Assembly: GCA_035626155.1 (NCBI GenBank)
Contig: DASPOF010000108.1
Coordinates: 45,286-109,285, forward strand
DNA: 64,000 bases
From: Candidatus Binataceae bacterium
GTDB lineage: Bacteria; Desulfobacterota; Binatia; Binatales; Binataceae
Direction of reading: 5' to 3'
Shown here: piece after piece, positions 9,088 through 18,486 of the stretch
Numbering within the stretch: the stretch's first letter is position 1
Layout of the letters: each line of letters begins with the position of its first letter
Made by a program: the position numbers and the translations under genes
Notes under the pieces: model-generated
Seen by the model: the letters and a program-made list of their open reading frames with translations, nothing else
What the model was told of the DNA's origin: nothing
Databases searched by the model: none

Positions 9088-9909
9088 ATGGTTGAGGCGG
9101 ACGGAGGGGGCGGGACGTTTTCCACGCGAGCGGCTGCGAGGATCCTCGCGGTCTCTCCCGAACGAATTCGCTATTGGGTCAGGCGCCGGCTGGTAAGGCC
9201 CGCCGCGACGCGCGGGCGCAACTACCGATTCGCGTTCAACGACCTGCTCGTGATGCGCCTGGCGAAGGAGCTGCTGCCCAGCCGCCGCCATCTCGAGCTG
9301 GTCCAGCGATGCTTCCAGCGCGTGCGCGAGTTCGTCGAGCCAGGGCGTCCGGTCACATCGCTCAAGCTGGTCAACGAGGATGGCCAGATCGTCGTCAGCG
9401 ATGGCGGCGTTCTGATCGACGCCGAATCGGGCCAGCTCCTGTTCGATTACCGCCGCGAGCGCCCCGAGGGCAAAGTCGAGGACTCGTTCGGTCCCGCACG
9501 AGTGCGCGAGCGTTTCGAGGAGGCGCGCCGAATCGCGGAGGAGGACCCGCTGCGCGCGCTCACGATTTATTCCGGCCTGCTCGGGCGCGAGCCGGGAAAC
9601 TTCGAGGCGCACATGCGGCTTGCGACTCTGCTCGAACGCGAGGGCGACTTGCAGGGCGCGCTGCGCCACCTGCTCGGCGCCGCGGCGATCGTTCCCGCCA
9701 GCGGCGAGGTCCACGTCAGGCTCGGGCTGCTGTACCGAAAGCGCGGCGAGGAGCAGAACTCGCTCAAAAGCATGCTTCGCGCGCTGGAATGCGATCCCAC
9801 CTCGGTGGAGGCGCATCGCAACCTCGCCGAGGTCTACGAGGCGGCGGGCCGCAAGCGCGACGCGCAGAAACATCTGAACGCGATCCACCGGCTTATCAAG
9901 GGCGACTGA
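9088..9909 (+). CDS. MerR-type HTH domain protein with C-terminal TPR repeats
   Basis: N-terminus FSTRAAARILAVSPERIRYWVRRRLVRP...YRFAFNDLLVMRLAKELL is a MerR/excisionase-like HTH. The C-terminus has TPR-like repeats (EAHMRLATLLEREGDLQGALRHL..., EAHRNLAEVYEAAGRKRDAQKHL). Confidence 0.7.
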   Translation: MVEADGGGGTFSTRAAARILAVSPERIRYWVRRRLVRPAATRGRNYRFAFNDLLVMRLAKELLPSRRHLELVQRCFQRVREFVEPGRPVTSLKLVNEDGQIVVSDGGVLIDAESGQLLFDYRRERPEGKVEDSFGPARVRERFEEARRIAEEDPLRALTIYSGLLGREPGNFEAHMRLATLLEREGDLQGALRHLLGAAAIVPASGEVHVRLGLLYRKRGEEQNSLKSMLRALECDPTSVEAHRNLAEVYEAAGRKRDAQKHLNAIHRLIKGD

Positions 9910-9969
9910 ACGGCGCGCTCGCCGCGCGGCGTTGAATCGATCCGAGCGGCGGCGATAAGCTCATCCGCG

Positions 9970-10311
9970 ATGGCCCCGCGCGAGACGCTGAAGCGAATCG
10001 ATATCCTGCGTCACGAGCTGAAGGCGCTGCGCTTCATCCTCGACAACTACCATCTGGGCAAGCTCGACGCTCACGCGCTGCCGCCGCGCGGCGACTTTCA
10101 GTCGGCCCAGGCCCGCGAAATCTACGACACGATCGTGAACTCGCCGACCCTTGCGGCCGCCGAGGAGAAAATCCGCGGACTTAAACTCGATGAGGTCGAT
10201 GTCGATTCGTTCCTCCGCTTAAGCGGCGGCCACTATTACACCTATCCGGCGCTGGTCCGCGAGCGCGCGGAGGCGATCCGCACGGGCCTGCTCAAGGTCG
10301 AAAACGCTTGA
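9970..10311 (+). CDS. Hypothetical protein (113 aa)
   Basis: Strong GC3 codon bias in this frame. No motif recognised. Confidence 0.55.
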   Translation: MAPRETLKRIDILRHELKALRFILDNYHLGKLDAHALPPRGDFQSAQAREIYDTIVNSPTLAAAEEKIRGLKLDEVDVDSFLRLSGGHYYTYPALVRERAEAIRTGLLKVENA

Positions 10312-10664
10312 GCGCGCTTCCCTGCAAGGAGCTTCATTTCCTGCTCGATCGATCGGGAGCGCTGATCGTGTTCCAGGAAAAGCGCGCATCGTGGGCCGGC
10401 GTGCTGGCGTTCTCCAGCGAGGAGCGCGCGCGCGGGTTCTGCCGGGCGAGCAACCTCGATGTGGCCGAGGTGGCGGCGATTTCCGCCGACGATCGCGATG
10501 CGGCCGCGCGGCTCATCGCGGACGTAAAGCGGCGCGCGGTCCGCAATCTCCTGCTCGATCTCGACTACGAGACCGGGCGATGCATCCGGGTCGAGTTCGA
10601 GGGGGACGGATTCGGCGCCGCAACCGAGCACCAGTTCACCTCACCGGGTGAGCCGCGCCGCTGA
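10308..10664 (+). CDS. Hypothetical protein (118 aa)
   Basis: The TTG start overlaps the upstream stop (TTGA). Strong GC3 bias. No confident family assignment. Confidence 0.5.
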   Translation: MSALPCKELHFLLDRSGALIVFQEKRASWAGVLAFSSEERARGFCRASNLDVAEVAAISADDRDAAARLIADVKRRAVRNLLLDLDYETGRCIRVEFEGDGFGAATEHQFTSPGEPRR

Positions 10665-10696
10665 GCCCACCCGGTCGCGATGCGGAGCGGAGCCGC

Positions 10697-11908
10697 ATGA
10701 TGGTTACCATCGAAGATATCGAGCTTGCGCGCCGGCGCCTGGCCGGCATCGTCAAGCCCACCCCGCTGGTGCGCAGCGCGACGCTCGAGAAGATGCTCGG
10801 CGCAGAGGTCTTCATCAAGCCCGAGAATCTGCAGAAGACCGGGTCGTTCAAAATCCGCGGAGCGTTCAACCGGATCGCCGCGCTCTCGGACGCCGAGAAG
10901 CGCCACGGCGTCATCGCCGCATCCGCCGGCAATCACGGCCAGGCGCTCGCCTACGCCGCCACCCGCGCCGGCGTAAAGGCGACCGTGGTGATGCCCGAGG
11001 TGGCGGCGATCGCGAAGGTCGATGCGACGCGGAGCTACGGACAGAACGTGGTGCTCGCGGGCGCCGACTACCCGGCGGCGCGCCGCGCGGCCGAGCGCAT
11101 CTGCGAAAAGACCGGCGCAATCTTCGTCGATGCTTACGACGACGCGCTGGTCGTCGCGGGGCAGGGAACCGTCGGCATCGAGATCGCCGACGAACTCAAG
11201 CCCGACGTGGCGCTCGTGCCGGTGGGAGGGGGCGGATTGCTAGCGGGAGTCGCGACCGCTCTGGAAGCGCTCGCGCCGGGCACCGAAGTGATCGGCGTCG
11301 AGGCCGCCGGCTCCCCCCAACTGAGCGCGGCGCTCAGCGCGGGCAAGCCGTCGGTGGTCACCAATCCGATCGACACCATCGCCGACGGCCTGGCGACCGG
11401 CACTATCGGCCGCATCCCGTTCGAGGCTATCCGCGGCCGGGTCAGGCGCAGCGTCACCGTCGATGACTTTGAGATCGGCGAGGCGGTGCTGCTGATGCTC
11501 GAACGGATGAAGCTGCTCGCCGAGGGCGCGGGCGCGGCGGCGCTTGCGGGCGCGCTCAAGATCAAGGACGAGCTTCGCGGCAAGCGCGTGGCGGTTGTCG
11601 TAAGCGGCGGCAATATCGATATCAACCTGCTCGATCGGATCATCGGGCACGGTCTTGCGAAGATGGGCCGGCTGCTTCGGATCGCCTTGAATCTGCCCGA
11701 TCGTCCAAGCGAGCTTGCGAAGCTGCTGGCCTGCGTCGGCGCGACCGGGGCGAACGTGCGCACGATCGAGCACGATCGCACGCGCCGCGACGTCGCGATC
11801 GGCGCTGCGCGCGTCATGCTCGAGCTCGAGACGCGCGGGCCGGATCATATCGCGGCGGTGCGCGATCACATGCGCCGCGCCGGCTACCAAATCGTGGAAG
11901 AGATTTGA
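10697..11908 (+). CDS. ilvA: Threonine ammonia-lyase (threonine dehydratase), short form with one ACT-like regulatory domain
   Basis: PLP-lysine motif GSFKIRGAFN, GNHGQALAYAA, glycine loop VPVGGGGLLAG. C-terminal ACT-like segment LRIALNLPDRPSELAKLL. Confidence 0.88.
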   Translation: MMVTIEDIELARRRLAGIVKPTPLVRSATLEKMLGAEVFIKPENLQKTGSFKIRGAFNRIAALSDAEKRHGVIAASAGNHGQALAYAATRAGVKATVVMPEVAAIAKVDATRSYGQNVVLAGADYPAARRAAERICEKTGAIFVDAYDDALVVAGQGTVGIEIADELKPDVALVPVGGGGLLAGVATALEALAPGTEVIGVEAAGSPQLSAALSAGKPSVVTNPIDTIADGLATGTIGRIPFEAIRGRVRRSVTVDDFEIGEAVLLMLERMKLLAEGAGAAALAGALKIKDELRGKRVAVVVSGGNIDINLLDRIIGHGLAKMGRLLRIALNLPDRPSELAKLLACVGATGANVRTIEHDRTRRDVAIGAARVMLELETRGPDHIAAVRDHMRRAGYQIVEEI

Positions 11909-11935
11909 TCGAAGGGACCGCGCGAGTGCGCGCTC

Positions 11936-13099
11936 TTAGCTGAACATCGAGGCGATGCCCGTGGGCCGAACGAGCTTGCCCGCGGGCCTCCGCTCGCGCG
12001 CGATCCGATCGAGGTCCTTCTTGAACGCATCCAGCTCGGCCGCCTGACGCGCCTTGAAGGCCGCGCCGTCGCCCGCACCTCCACGCTCGAACGCATCGCG
12101 CTCGGCCCGCCGCCGGCCGTAAAACCCCTCGAACGTCTCCCGAATCGTGCGCACCATCGTGGACCTCGGCACGAACGAAGCCGAGCACGACGGGCAGTAA
12201 AACACCACGCCGGCCTGAAAATGCCGATAGGGCACCGCGAATCCCTGATTGCAGCTCTTGCAGATGACCGGGACTTCCCAGGTCATCGGATCGAACTCGT
12301 CTTTGACCGCTGCCGATTGCGGTGGCGCTGCCGGCGGTGCCGCGGGCGTTTCGGGCGGAGCGGCAGCCTTCGCGGGAGGTGGTGTTGCTCCTGATGGGGG
12401 CATCGCTCCTGATGGTGGCGCGGCGGGTTTCGCAGGCGGCGGCGTCGCGGGAGATGCCGGCTTGGGCGGCGCTTCGGCCGGAGCGGCCGCCTTTGGAGCC
12501 GCTTCCGATGATGGCGCCGCCGCCGCGGGCTTTTCCGCGGTCGCCGCTGATGCGGCGGGTTTCGGCGGCGCTTGCGGTGGAGCGGATGCCGACGGCGCGG
12601 GTTTCGGCGCTTCGGGCGCTGCCGCTACTGGCGGCGCCGGCTTCGGTGCCGCCGGCGTTTGCGGCGCGGATGCGGACTTTGCAGGTGCCGGCGCGACAGC
12701 GTTCGCCTGCGCGGCCGCCTTTATTGCGGCGAGCGCGCCGCCGGGCTGCGATGGCGCGGCTCCTTCCTGCTTGCGAAATCGCGACGGCGCATCATCGCCG
12801 ATGGTCTCCTCGGGATGCAGCAGGCGGGCCCGCGCGAGCAGCGGCTCATGAGTCTCGACGTTATTGGGGTCGGGGATGCAGCAATCCACCGGGCATACTG
12901 CCGCGCACGCCTCGTGGTCGAAAAATCCGACGCACTCGGTGCACTTCTGCGGCGAGATGTAGTAGATGTCCTCGGCCAGCGCGGGATGCGACTCGCCATT
13001 GAGTTCCCATGCCGCCCCGCCCGCATAAATCGCGGTGTTGGGGCATTCGGGCTCGCACGCCCCGCAGTTGATGCACTCGCTCGTGATGATCGTCGCCAT
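11936..13099 (-). CDS. 2[4Fe-4S] ferredoxin domain fused to a ~200-aa Pro/Ala-rich linker and a C-terminal CxxC...CxxC zinc-ribbon-like domain
   Basis: N-terminus MATIITSECINCGACEPECPNTAIY...CTECVGFFDHEACAAVCPVDCC has two CxxCxxCxxxCP-type clusters. The middle is APKPAPP-type low complexity. The C-terminus is WEVPVICKSCNQGFAVPYRHFQAGVVFYCPSCSASF. Confidence 0.8.
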   Translation of the reverse strand: MATIITSECINCGACEPECPNTAIYAGGAAWELNGESHPALAEDIYYISPQKCTECVGFFDHEACAAVCPVDCCIPDPNNVETHEPLLARARLLHPEETIGDDAPSRFRKQEGAAPSQPGGALAAIKAAAQANAVAPAPAKSASAPQTPAAPKPAPPVAAAPEAPKPAPSASAPPQAPPKPAASAATAEKPAAAAPSSEAAPKAAAPAEAPPKPASPATPPPAKPAAPPSGAMPPSGATPPPAKAAAPPETPAAPPAAPPQSAAVKDEFDPMTWEVPVICKSCNQGFAVPYRHFQAGVVFYCPSCSASFVPRSTMVRTIRETFEGFYGRRRAERDAFERGGAGDGAAFKARQAAELDAFKKDLDRIARERRPAGKLVRPTGIASMFS

Positions 13100-13317
13100 C
13101 TGGTGACCTCGGCCTCAGTCGAATAAGTAGCAGCAATAATTGCGGGAACCTCAGTTTAGCAACGCTGATTCTGCCCGGCAAACCGGCCCCCGCGCCGCGC
13201 GACCGCCCAGGCAGCACGGCGAGGCCGGGCTTGGCCGGTCCCCGCCAGCGCTTTAGAGTCGGCGGGGTTTTGACTATGCTGGCGCCAGGCTGAAAACGCT
13301 CACGGCAGGAGCCTGCG

Positions 13318-14505
13318 ATGGATCTGAATTTCACTCCCGAAGAAGAGCAATTTCGACTCATGGTGCGGCGCTTTCTCGAAGAGAACGTGCCGAAAAGCGG
13401 TATTACCGGCACCCGCGAGGGCCGCGAAGACAAGGTCTGGCTCGAGCGCGCGAAGGCGTGGCAGCGCAAGCTCAACGATGCCGGTTACGTAGCGCTGGCA
13501 TGGCCCAGGGAATATGGCGGCCAGGCGATGGACCCGGTCAGGCAAACGATCGTGAACGATGAGATGACCCGGGCGAAAGCGCCATACATGATCGGAGGGT
13601 CGGGACTCGGGATGCTCGGCCCGACGCTGATCACGTGGGGCACCGAGGAGCAGCGAAAGCGCTACCTGCCGAAAATTCTCACCGCCGAGGAAATCTGGTG
13701 CCAGGGATATTCCGAGCCCGGGGCGGGTTCGGACCTCGCTTCGCTGCGCACGCGGGCCGAGATGGTCGGCGACGAATTCATCGTCAATGGCCAGAAGGTG
13801 TGGACCTCGGGCGCGCAGCACGCGGACATGATGTTCTGCCTGGTGCGCACCGATCCCGATGCGCCCAAGCATCGCGGGATTTCCTACATCCTGATCGACA
13901 TGCACTCGACGGGCATCACCGTGCGTCCCCTCGTCCAGATGACCGGGGATCGCGGCTTCAACGAGGTCTTCTTCGACAACGTGCACGTGCCGCGCAAGAA
14001 CCTGGTCGGCAAGTTGAACGAGGGCTGGCTGGTCGCCAATGCGACGCTGTTCCACGAGCGCAACATGCTCGGCGCCGCCAGCGGGAGCGAGCAGCGCTTC
14101 AATCGCCTGCTCGCGCTCGCCAAGACGATCAAGCGCGGCGGCCGGCCGCTTACCGAAGATCCGGTCCAGCGCCAGCGGCTGGCGGATCTCGAAATTCGCG
14201 TCGAGGCGATGCGGTATCATTCGCTGCGCCAGCTCACCGATCAGATTCGCCAGAAGAGTCCCGGCATCGAGGCGATGATCAACAAGCTGGTCGGCACCGA
14301 GCTGAACCACGACCTCGCGACCGCCGCGATGGAGGTGATGGGCGGCTATTCGATGCTGTCGCGCGACGACGAGCGCGTGATGGATAACGGGTACTGGCCG
14401 TACGAATGGATGTTCTCGCTCGGACTGGTGATCGGCGGCGGAACGTCGCACATCCAGAAGAACATCATCGCAGAGCGCGGGCTCAAGATGCCGAAGTCGC
14501 GCTGA
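13318..14505 (+). CDS. Acyl-CoA dehydrogenase family protein
   Basis: WCQGYSEPGAGSDLASL, FIVNGQKVWTSGA, C-terminal GGGTSHIQKNIIAERGL. AGGAG RBS upstream. Confidence 0.88.
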   Translation: MDLNFTPEEEQFRLMVRRFLEENVPKSGITGTREGREDKVWLERAKAWQRKLNDAGYVALAWPREYGGQAMDPVRQTIVNDEMTRAKAPYMIGGSGLGMLGPTLITWGTEEQRKRYLPKILTAEEIWCQGYSEPGAGSDLASLRTRAEMVGDEFIVNGQKVWTSGAQHADMMFCLVRTDPDAPKHRGISYILIDMHSTGITVRPLVQMTGDRGFNEVFFDNVHVPRKNLVGKLNEGWLVANATLFHERNMLGAASGSEQRFNRLLALAKTIKRGGRPLTEDPVQRQRLADLEIRVEAMRYHSLRQLTDQIRQKSPGIEAMINKLVGTELNHDLATAAMEVMGGYSMLSRDDERVMDNGYWPYEWMFSLGLVIGGGTSHIQKNIIAERGLKMPKSR

Positions 14506-14544
14506 CGGCGCGGCCTCGATCGGCCCCGGGGGATCGAATCGAAA

Positions 14545-15657
14545 ATGGACTTCGGACTAAGCAGCGAACAACAGCAACTGAAGGACAGCGCACGCGAGTT
14601 CCTAAGTGGCGAATGCTCGACCGCCCAGGTGCGCAAGGCGATGGCGAGCGAAGACGGCAGGATACCCGGCCTCGACGCCCAAATCGCGAAGCTCGGATGG
14701 AACGGGCTGATCGTGCCGGAGAAGTTCGGCGGCCTGGGGCTTTCGATGCTCGACATGGCGGTGCTGCTCGAAGAGCAGGGATACGCCGCGATGCCGGGGC
14801 CGTTCCTGTTTTCCTCGGTGCTCGCCGCAAGCGCGCTCGCAATCGGCGGGAGCGATGAGCTGAACGCGAAGTGGCTCGGCGCGCTCGCCGAGGGGAAGGC
14901 AACCGGCACCGTCGCGATCGTCGAGAAGAGCGACAGCATCATACCCGCCGATTTCGAGACGGTCGCGCGAAAGGATGGCGGGGCGTTTCGGATCCGGGGC
15001 GTGAAGATGTTTGTGCCCTACGCAAACCTCGCCAACTTCATAATCGTCGCCGCGCGCGCGGGCGACGGGGCCGGCGACGCCGGGCTGTTCGCGGTCGAAA
15101 CCGGATCGCCGGGCGTGCGGGTCAAGATGTTGAAGAACCTCGATCTCACGCGGCGAGTCGCCGAGGTCGAGTTCGCGGACGCTCCCGCATCCGCACTCGG
15201 CGGCGGGGCGGGCCTTTACGCGCGCCTGCTCGACATCGGCGCGGTCGCGGTTGCGGCGGACTCGCTCGGCGGCTCCGAGCGCGCGCTCGATATGGCGGTC
15301 GAGTACTCGAAAGTGCGCGAACAATTCGGCAAGCCGATCGGCTCCTTCCAGGCGCTCAAGCACGCCGCGGCGGAGATCGTGGCGGATCTCGAGCCCGCCC
15401 GTGCGCTCTTGTGGTATGCGGCGCACGCGCAGAACTCGGCGCTGGATGAGGCGCCGCGGATGGCGGCGATGGCGAAGGCGCGGCTGTCGGATGTGTATAG
15501 CCGCACCACCGATCGAGCGGTGCTGATGCACGGCGGGATCGGATTTACCTGGGAGCACGATATTCACCTGTGGTTCAAGCGATCGCGCTTCAACGAATCG
15601 TACTTCGGCTCGCCGCCGTACCATCGCGAGCGCGTGGCGCAGCTCGGCGGATATTGA
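14545..15657 (+). CDS. Acyl-CoA dehydrogenase family protein (second member of an adjacent pair)
   Basis: FGKPIGSFQALKHAAAEI and MHGGIGFTWEHDIHLWFKR, a typical ACAD C-terminal domain. Lies 39 nt downstream of the first ACAD. Confidence 0.85.
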   Translation: MDFGLSSEQQQLKDSAREFLSGECSTAQVRKAMASEDGRIPGLDAQIAKLGWNGLIVPEKFGGLGLSMLDMAVLLEEQGYAAMPGPFLFSSVLAASALAIGGSDELNAKWLGALAEGKATGTVAIVEKSDSIIPADFETVARKDGGAFRIRGVKMFVPYANLANFIIVAARAGDGAGDAGLFAVETGSPGVRVKMLKNLDLTRRVAEVEFADAPASALGGGAGLYARLLDIGAVAVAADSLGGSERALDMAVEYSKVREQFGKPIGSFQALKHAAAEIVADLEPARALLWYAAHAQNSALDEAPRMAAMAKARLSDVYSRTTDRAVLMHGGIGFTWEHDIHLWFKRSRFNESYFGSPPYHRERVAQLGGY

Positions 15658-15736
15658 AGCGCGGCCCACTTGCGGGCAGCGATAAGGCGCGCCGGCGCGC
15701 GCCCGATCGGCATTGGCGCGAGCGAGCGTCGCGGCC

Positions 15737-17578
15737 CTAATTCCAGCGAATCGTCTGCTCCGCCTGCTCGGTCTCTTCGAGCCGGCGGCGGTTTGCGGAG
15801 CGGATGTCGCTTTGCGAGAGCATCGCGACCACTTCGGCCGGGTTTTCGCGCTTTACGACCGGCACGCGCCCCATGCGGTGGCGCGCCATCAGATCGACGG
15901 CATCGCGCAGAGTGTTATCCTCGAACACAACCACGCGAGGGCCGCGGACGACCTCGCCGACGCGCGTGCCGGCTGGCGTCACGGGGTCGAGCAAATCGCG
16001 CTGGCTCACGACGCCAACCAGCACCAGGTCGCCATCCAAGACCGGAAAGCCGTGGTGAGCGCTCCCCGGGCGGCCTTCCGCGATCCAGGAACGGATTTCT
16101 CCCAAAGTCAGGTCTGCCCGCAGCGAGACCACCTCGCGCGATGCCACATCACCTACCAATATCTGCGAGAGAAAATCGGCGGTGTAATCCACCGGCACGG
16201 GAATGCCCCGCCGGGCGATCTTTTCGGTCATGATCGTACCTTTCATCAGCAGGCTCGATATCAGGTAGGCAGCAGTGCAACCTGCCGTTAGCGGCAGCAG
16301 GGCGAAAGGCTGCAAGGTAGTCTCGAAGGCGAACACTATCGATGCGAGAAGGGCGCGCGAAGCTCCGGCAAACATCGCGGCCATCCCGATCAGAGCGCAC
16401 AGCCGCAAATCGAGCCCGGCGCCCGGAAAAAGCGCGATTGCTCCGCCGCCGATTGCCGCCCCCATCGCGCCGCCGATCGTAAACAGGGGAGCGAGCGTCC
16501 CTCCCGAAGTGCCGCTCGAGAGCGAGACCGCCCAGGAAACAAATTTGAAGATGCAGAGCAGCACCACCGCCCGCTCGGCGAGACCGTCGGAGAGTTCGCG
16601 GCTGATGTTGTCGTATCCGACGCCCAGGGTCTGAGGAAGCCAGTAGCCGATCGCGCCAACAACCAGCCCACCGAGCGCCGGCCACCACATCCAGTGAATT
16701 GGCAACAAGTTAAAACCGTCCTCGATAAGGTACACCCAGCGCGTCACTGCAACGGACGCGGCTCCGACGAGGACCCCAAGTAGCACATATGCAATCAGCG
16801 CGGTCTGATTCGCCGGCCCGACGCCGGGCATCGCGAAGATTGGCGCGGAGCCCATGAACTCCATCCTGAGCGCTGTTGCAGCCGCGCTCGCGAACGCGAC
16901 CGGAATCAGCGAGCGGGGCCGAAACTCGAACAGAAGCAGCTCGATTGCGAGAAGCACCGCTGACACCGGGCTTCCGAAAGTCGCCGCCATTCCCGCGGCT
17001 GCTCCGGCCGACAGTAGAACCTTCCGCTCGTCGGCGGTCGTCCTGAGCAACTGGCCAATCAGAGAGCCAAGCGCGGCGCCGGTCGCGATGATCGGGCCTT
17101 CGGCGCCGAAGGGACCGCCGGTGCCTATCGCGATCGCGGCTGAGATCGGCTTGAGGAATGTGACCCGAGGCAGAATCCGGCTTTGATTGCGCAGCACCTG
17201 CTCCATCACTTCCGGGATTCCATGTCCGCGAATCGCCTCCGAGCCGTATCGCGCCATCAAGCCGACGATGAGGCCGCCGATTGCAGGGACGACGATCACG
17301 AGCAGTCCGAGCCGGTTCGCGGCGGGCGAAACGAATTGCGGACTCAGGCGGCCATAAAAGGACAGGTTCGTTATGAGGCCAATCAGGGCGAGCAGAATCC
17401 GGGCGGCCAGGCCCGCCATCAGGCCGATCGCGATCGCGATCAGGGAGAGATGCACGACGCGGCCATCGATCGCGGTCGTGCGCTGAGACGCGATCATCGA
17501 CTCCAGCGCCGGTCCCATCGACGGAGCAACCGGCAAGCCCTCGGTGGAAGATGACCGTGCGATGCGCCGCTCGCTCAT
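15737..17578 (-). CDS. ClC family chloride channel / H+-Cl- antiporter with C-terminal CBS pair
   Basis: ClC motifs IRGHGIPEV, GAEGPII, GGTLAPLFTIGG. The C-terminus has two CBS-like repeats (REVVSLRADLTL..., HGFPVLDGDLVLVGVVSQRDLL, MGRVPVVKRENPAEVVAMLSQSDI). Confidence 0.9.
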   Translation of the reverse strand: MSERRIARSSSTEGLPVAPSMGPALESMIASQRTTAIDGRVVHLSLIAIAIGLMAGLAARILLALIGLITNLSFYGRLSPQFVSPAANRLGLLVIVVPAIGGLIVGLMARYGSEAIRGHGIPEVMEQVLRNQSRILPRVTFLKPISAAIAIGTGGPFGAEGPIIATGAALGSLIGQLLRTTADERKVLLSAGAAAGMAATFGSPVSAVLLAIELLLFEFRPRSLIPVAFASAAATALRMEFMGSAPIFAMPGVGPANQTALIAYVLLGVLVGAASVAVTRWVYLIEDGFNLLPIHWMWWPALGGLVVGAIGYWLPQTLGVGYDNISRELSDGLAERAVVLLCIFKFVSWAVSLSSGTSGGTLAPLFTIGGAMGAAIGGGAIALFPGAGLDLRLCALIGMAAMFAGASRALLASIVFAFETTLQPFALLPLTAGCTAAYLISSLLMKGTIMTEKIARRGIPVPVDYTADFLSQILVGDVASREVVSLRADLTLGEIRSWIAEGRPGSAHHGFPVLDGDLVLVGVVSQRDLLDPVTPAGTRVGEVVRGPRVVVFEDNTLRDAVDLMARHRMGRVPVVKRENPAEVVAMLSQSDIRSANRRRLEETEQAEQTIRWN

Positions 17579-17867
17579 GTGGAATCACGGGACCCAACGC
17601 GGGAAAGTGTGCCGGTATGATACATTCGGTTGCCTAGCCGAATTGACACATTTGATTCACTAAATGTAGCAACCTTGCCACAAGAAACATTTGCGGCGCG
17701 GCTATCTGCGCCTGTGGACCCGTGCACGGCGCGCAACGCGGCTAATTTGAAACTATTAGTCGATATTGGCCGAATTCCGGCCGTTTCGAAATTCGCCGCT
17801 GCTCTCAATGATGACTAAGCACGGCTACCGAGCTTATAGCTACAACCAAAATTCAGCCTCGCGGCTG

Positions 17868-17883
17868 TGGCACGGCAATTGGA
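17868..17883 (+). promoter_or_regulatory. Weak sigma-54-like element TGGCAC-GGCAA-TTGGA upstream of the response regulator
   Basis: Perfect -24 box and correct spacing, but the -12 reads TTGG instead of TTGC. Confidence 0.25.
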
Positions 17884-17970
17884 AGGGTCTGTCGCAGCGG
17901 TGATCGTTGTTTCACGCGAGCGTTGCGCGCAGAGCAAACGTTCCAGCAGGACGAAGCCGGAGGCGATCGC

Positions 17971-18456
17971 ATGGGGTCTCCCAGAAGTGGAATTGGCGAA
18001 GAAAAAACCGACGAGATCCTGCTCGGCACTGCGGTCAGAATCTTTCTCGTCGAGGACAACCCCGAACACGCCTTCATCGCGCTCACCGTGATGCGGCAGG
18101 TGCTGGGCGATGCGATCGAGGTGCTTCATGCGCAGACCACCGATGAGGCGCTCGAGATGATCACTCAGTTCACGGAATTCGACCGGCCGGATCTGTTTTT
18201 CGTGGACCTGCGCCTGCCCGACAATGGCGGGTTCGCCGTGCTCTCGGCGGTGCGGGCGAGCGAGGTTTGCTCGACGATTCCGCTGTTCGTGATCACGAGT
18301 TCGATTTACGACCGGGATATCGCGGAGAGCTATGCGCTTGGCGCCTCCGCGGTGCTGTCAAAACCGCTCTCGCGCGGGAAGCTTCGCGAGGAGCTGGCGC
18401 GAATCGGCGCGCTGCCGCGGTCGTCGGTCAACGCCGAGATGACGATCCGGCACTAG
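17971..18456 (+). CDS. Single-domain response regulator (receiver only)
   Basis: RIFLVEDN, phospho-acceptor context LFFVDLRLPDNGG, conserved Lys in VLSKP. No output domain. Start at ATG 17971; the track TTG at 17923 is also possible. Confidence 0.8.
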   Translation: MGSPRSGIGEEKTDEILLGTAVRIFLVEDNPEHAFIALTVMRQVLGDAIEVLHAQTTDEALEMITQFTEFDRPDLFFVDLRLPDNGGFAVLSAVRASEVCSTIPLFVITSSIYDRDIAESYALGASAVLSKPLSRGKLREELARIGALPRSSVNAEMTIRH

Positions 18457-18486
18457 CGCTGCAACCCTGATTCATGCCTTCCGTAT

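Noticed and set aside
12249-12851. Repetitive GC-rich DNA and Gly/Ala-rich plus-strand ORFs, as a possible tandem repeat or CRISPR-like array
   Set aside because: The repetitiveness is imperfect and codon-phased. It encodes the Pro/Ala-rich linker of the minus-strand ferredoxin fusion. There are no constant-length repeats or spacers.
17630-17818. 62-aa ORF inside the AT-rich island
   Set aside because: No RBS, low GC3 unlike every confident gene here, and no recognisable motif. It is treated as non-coding.
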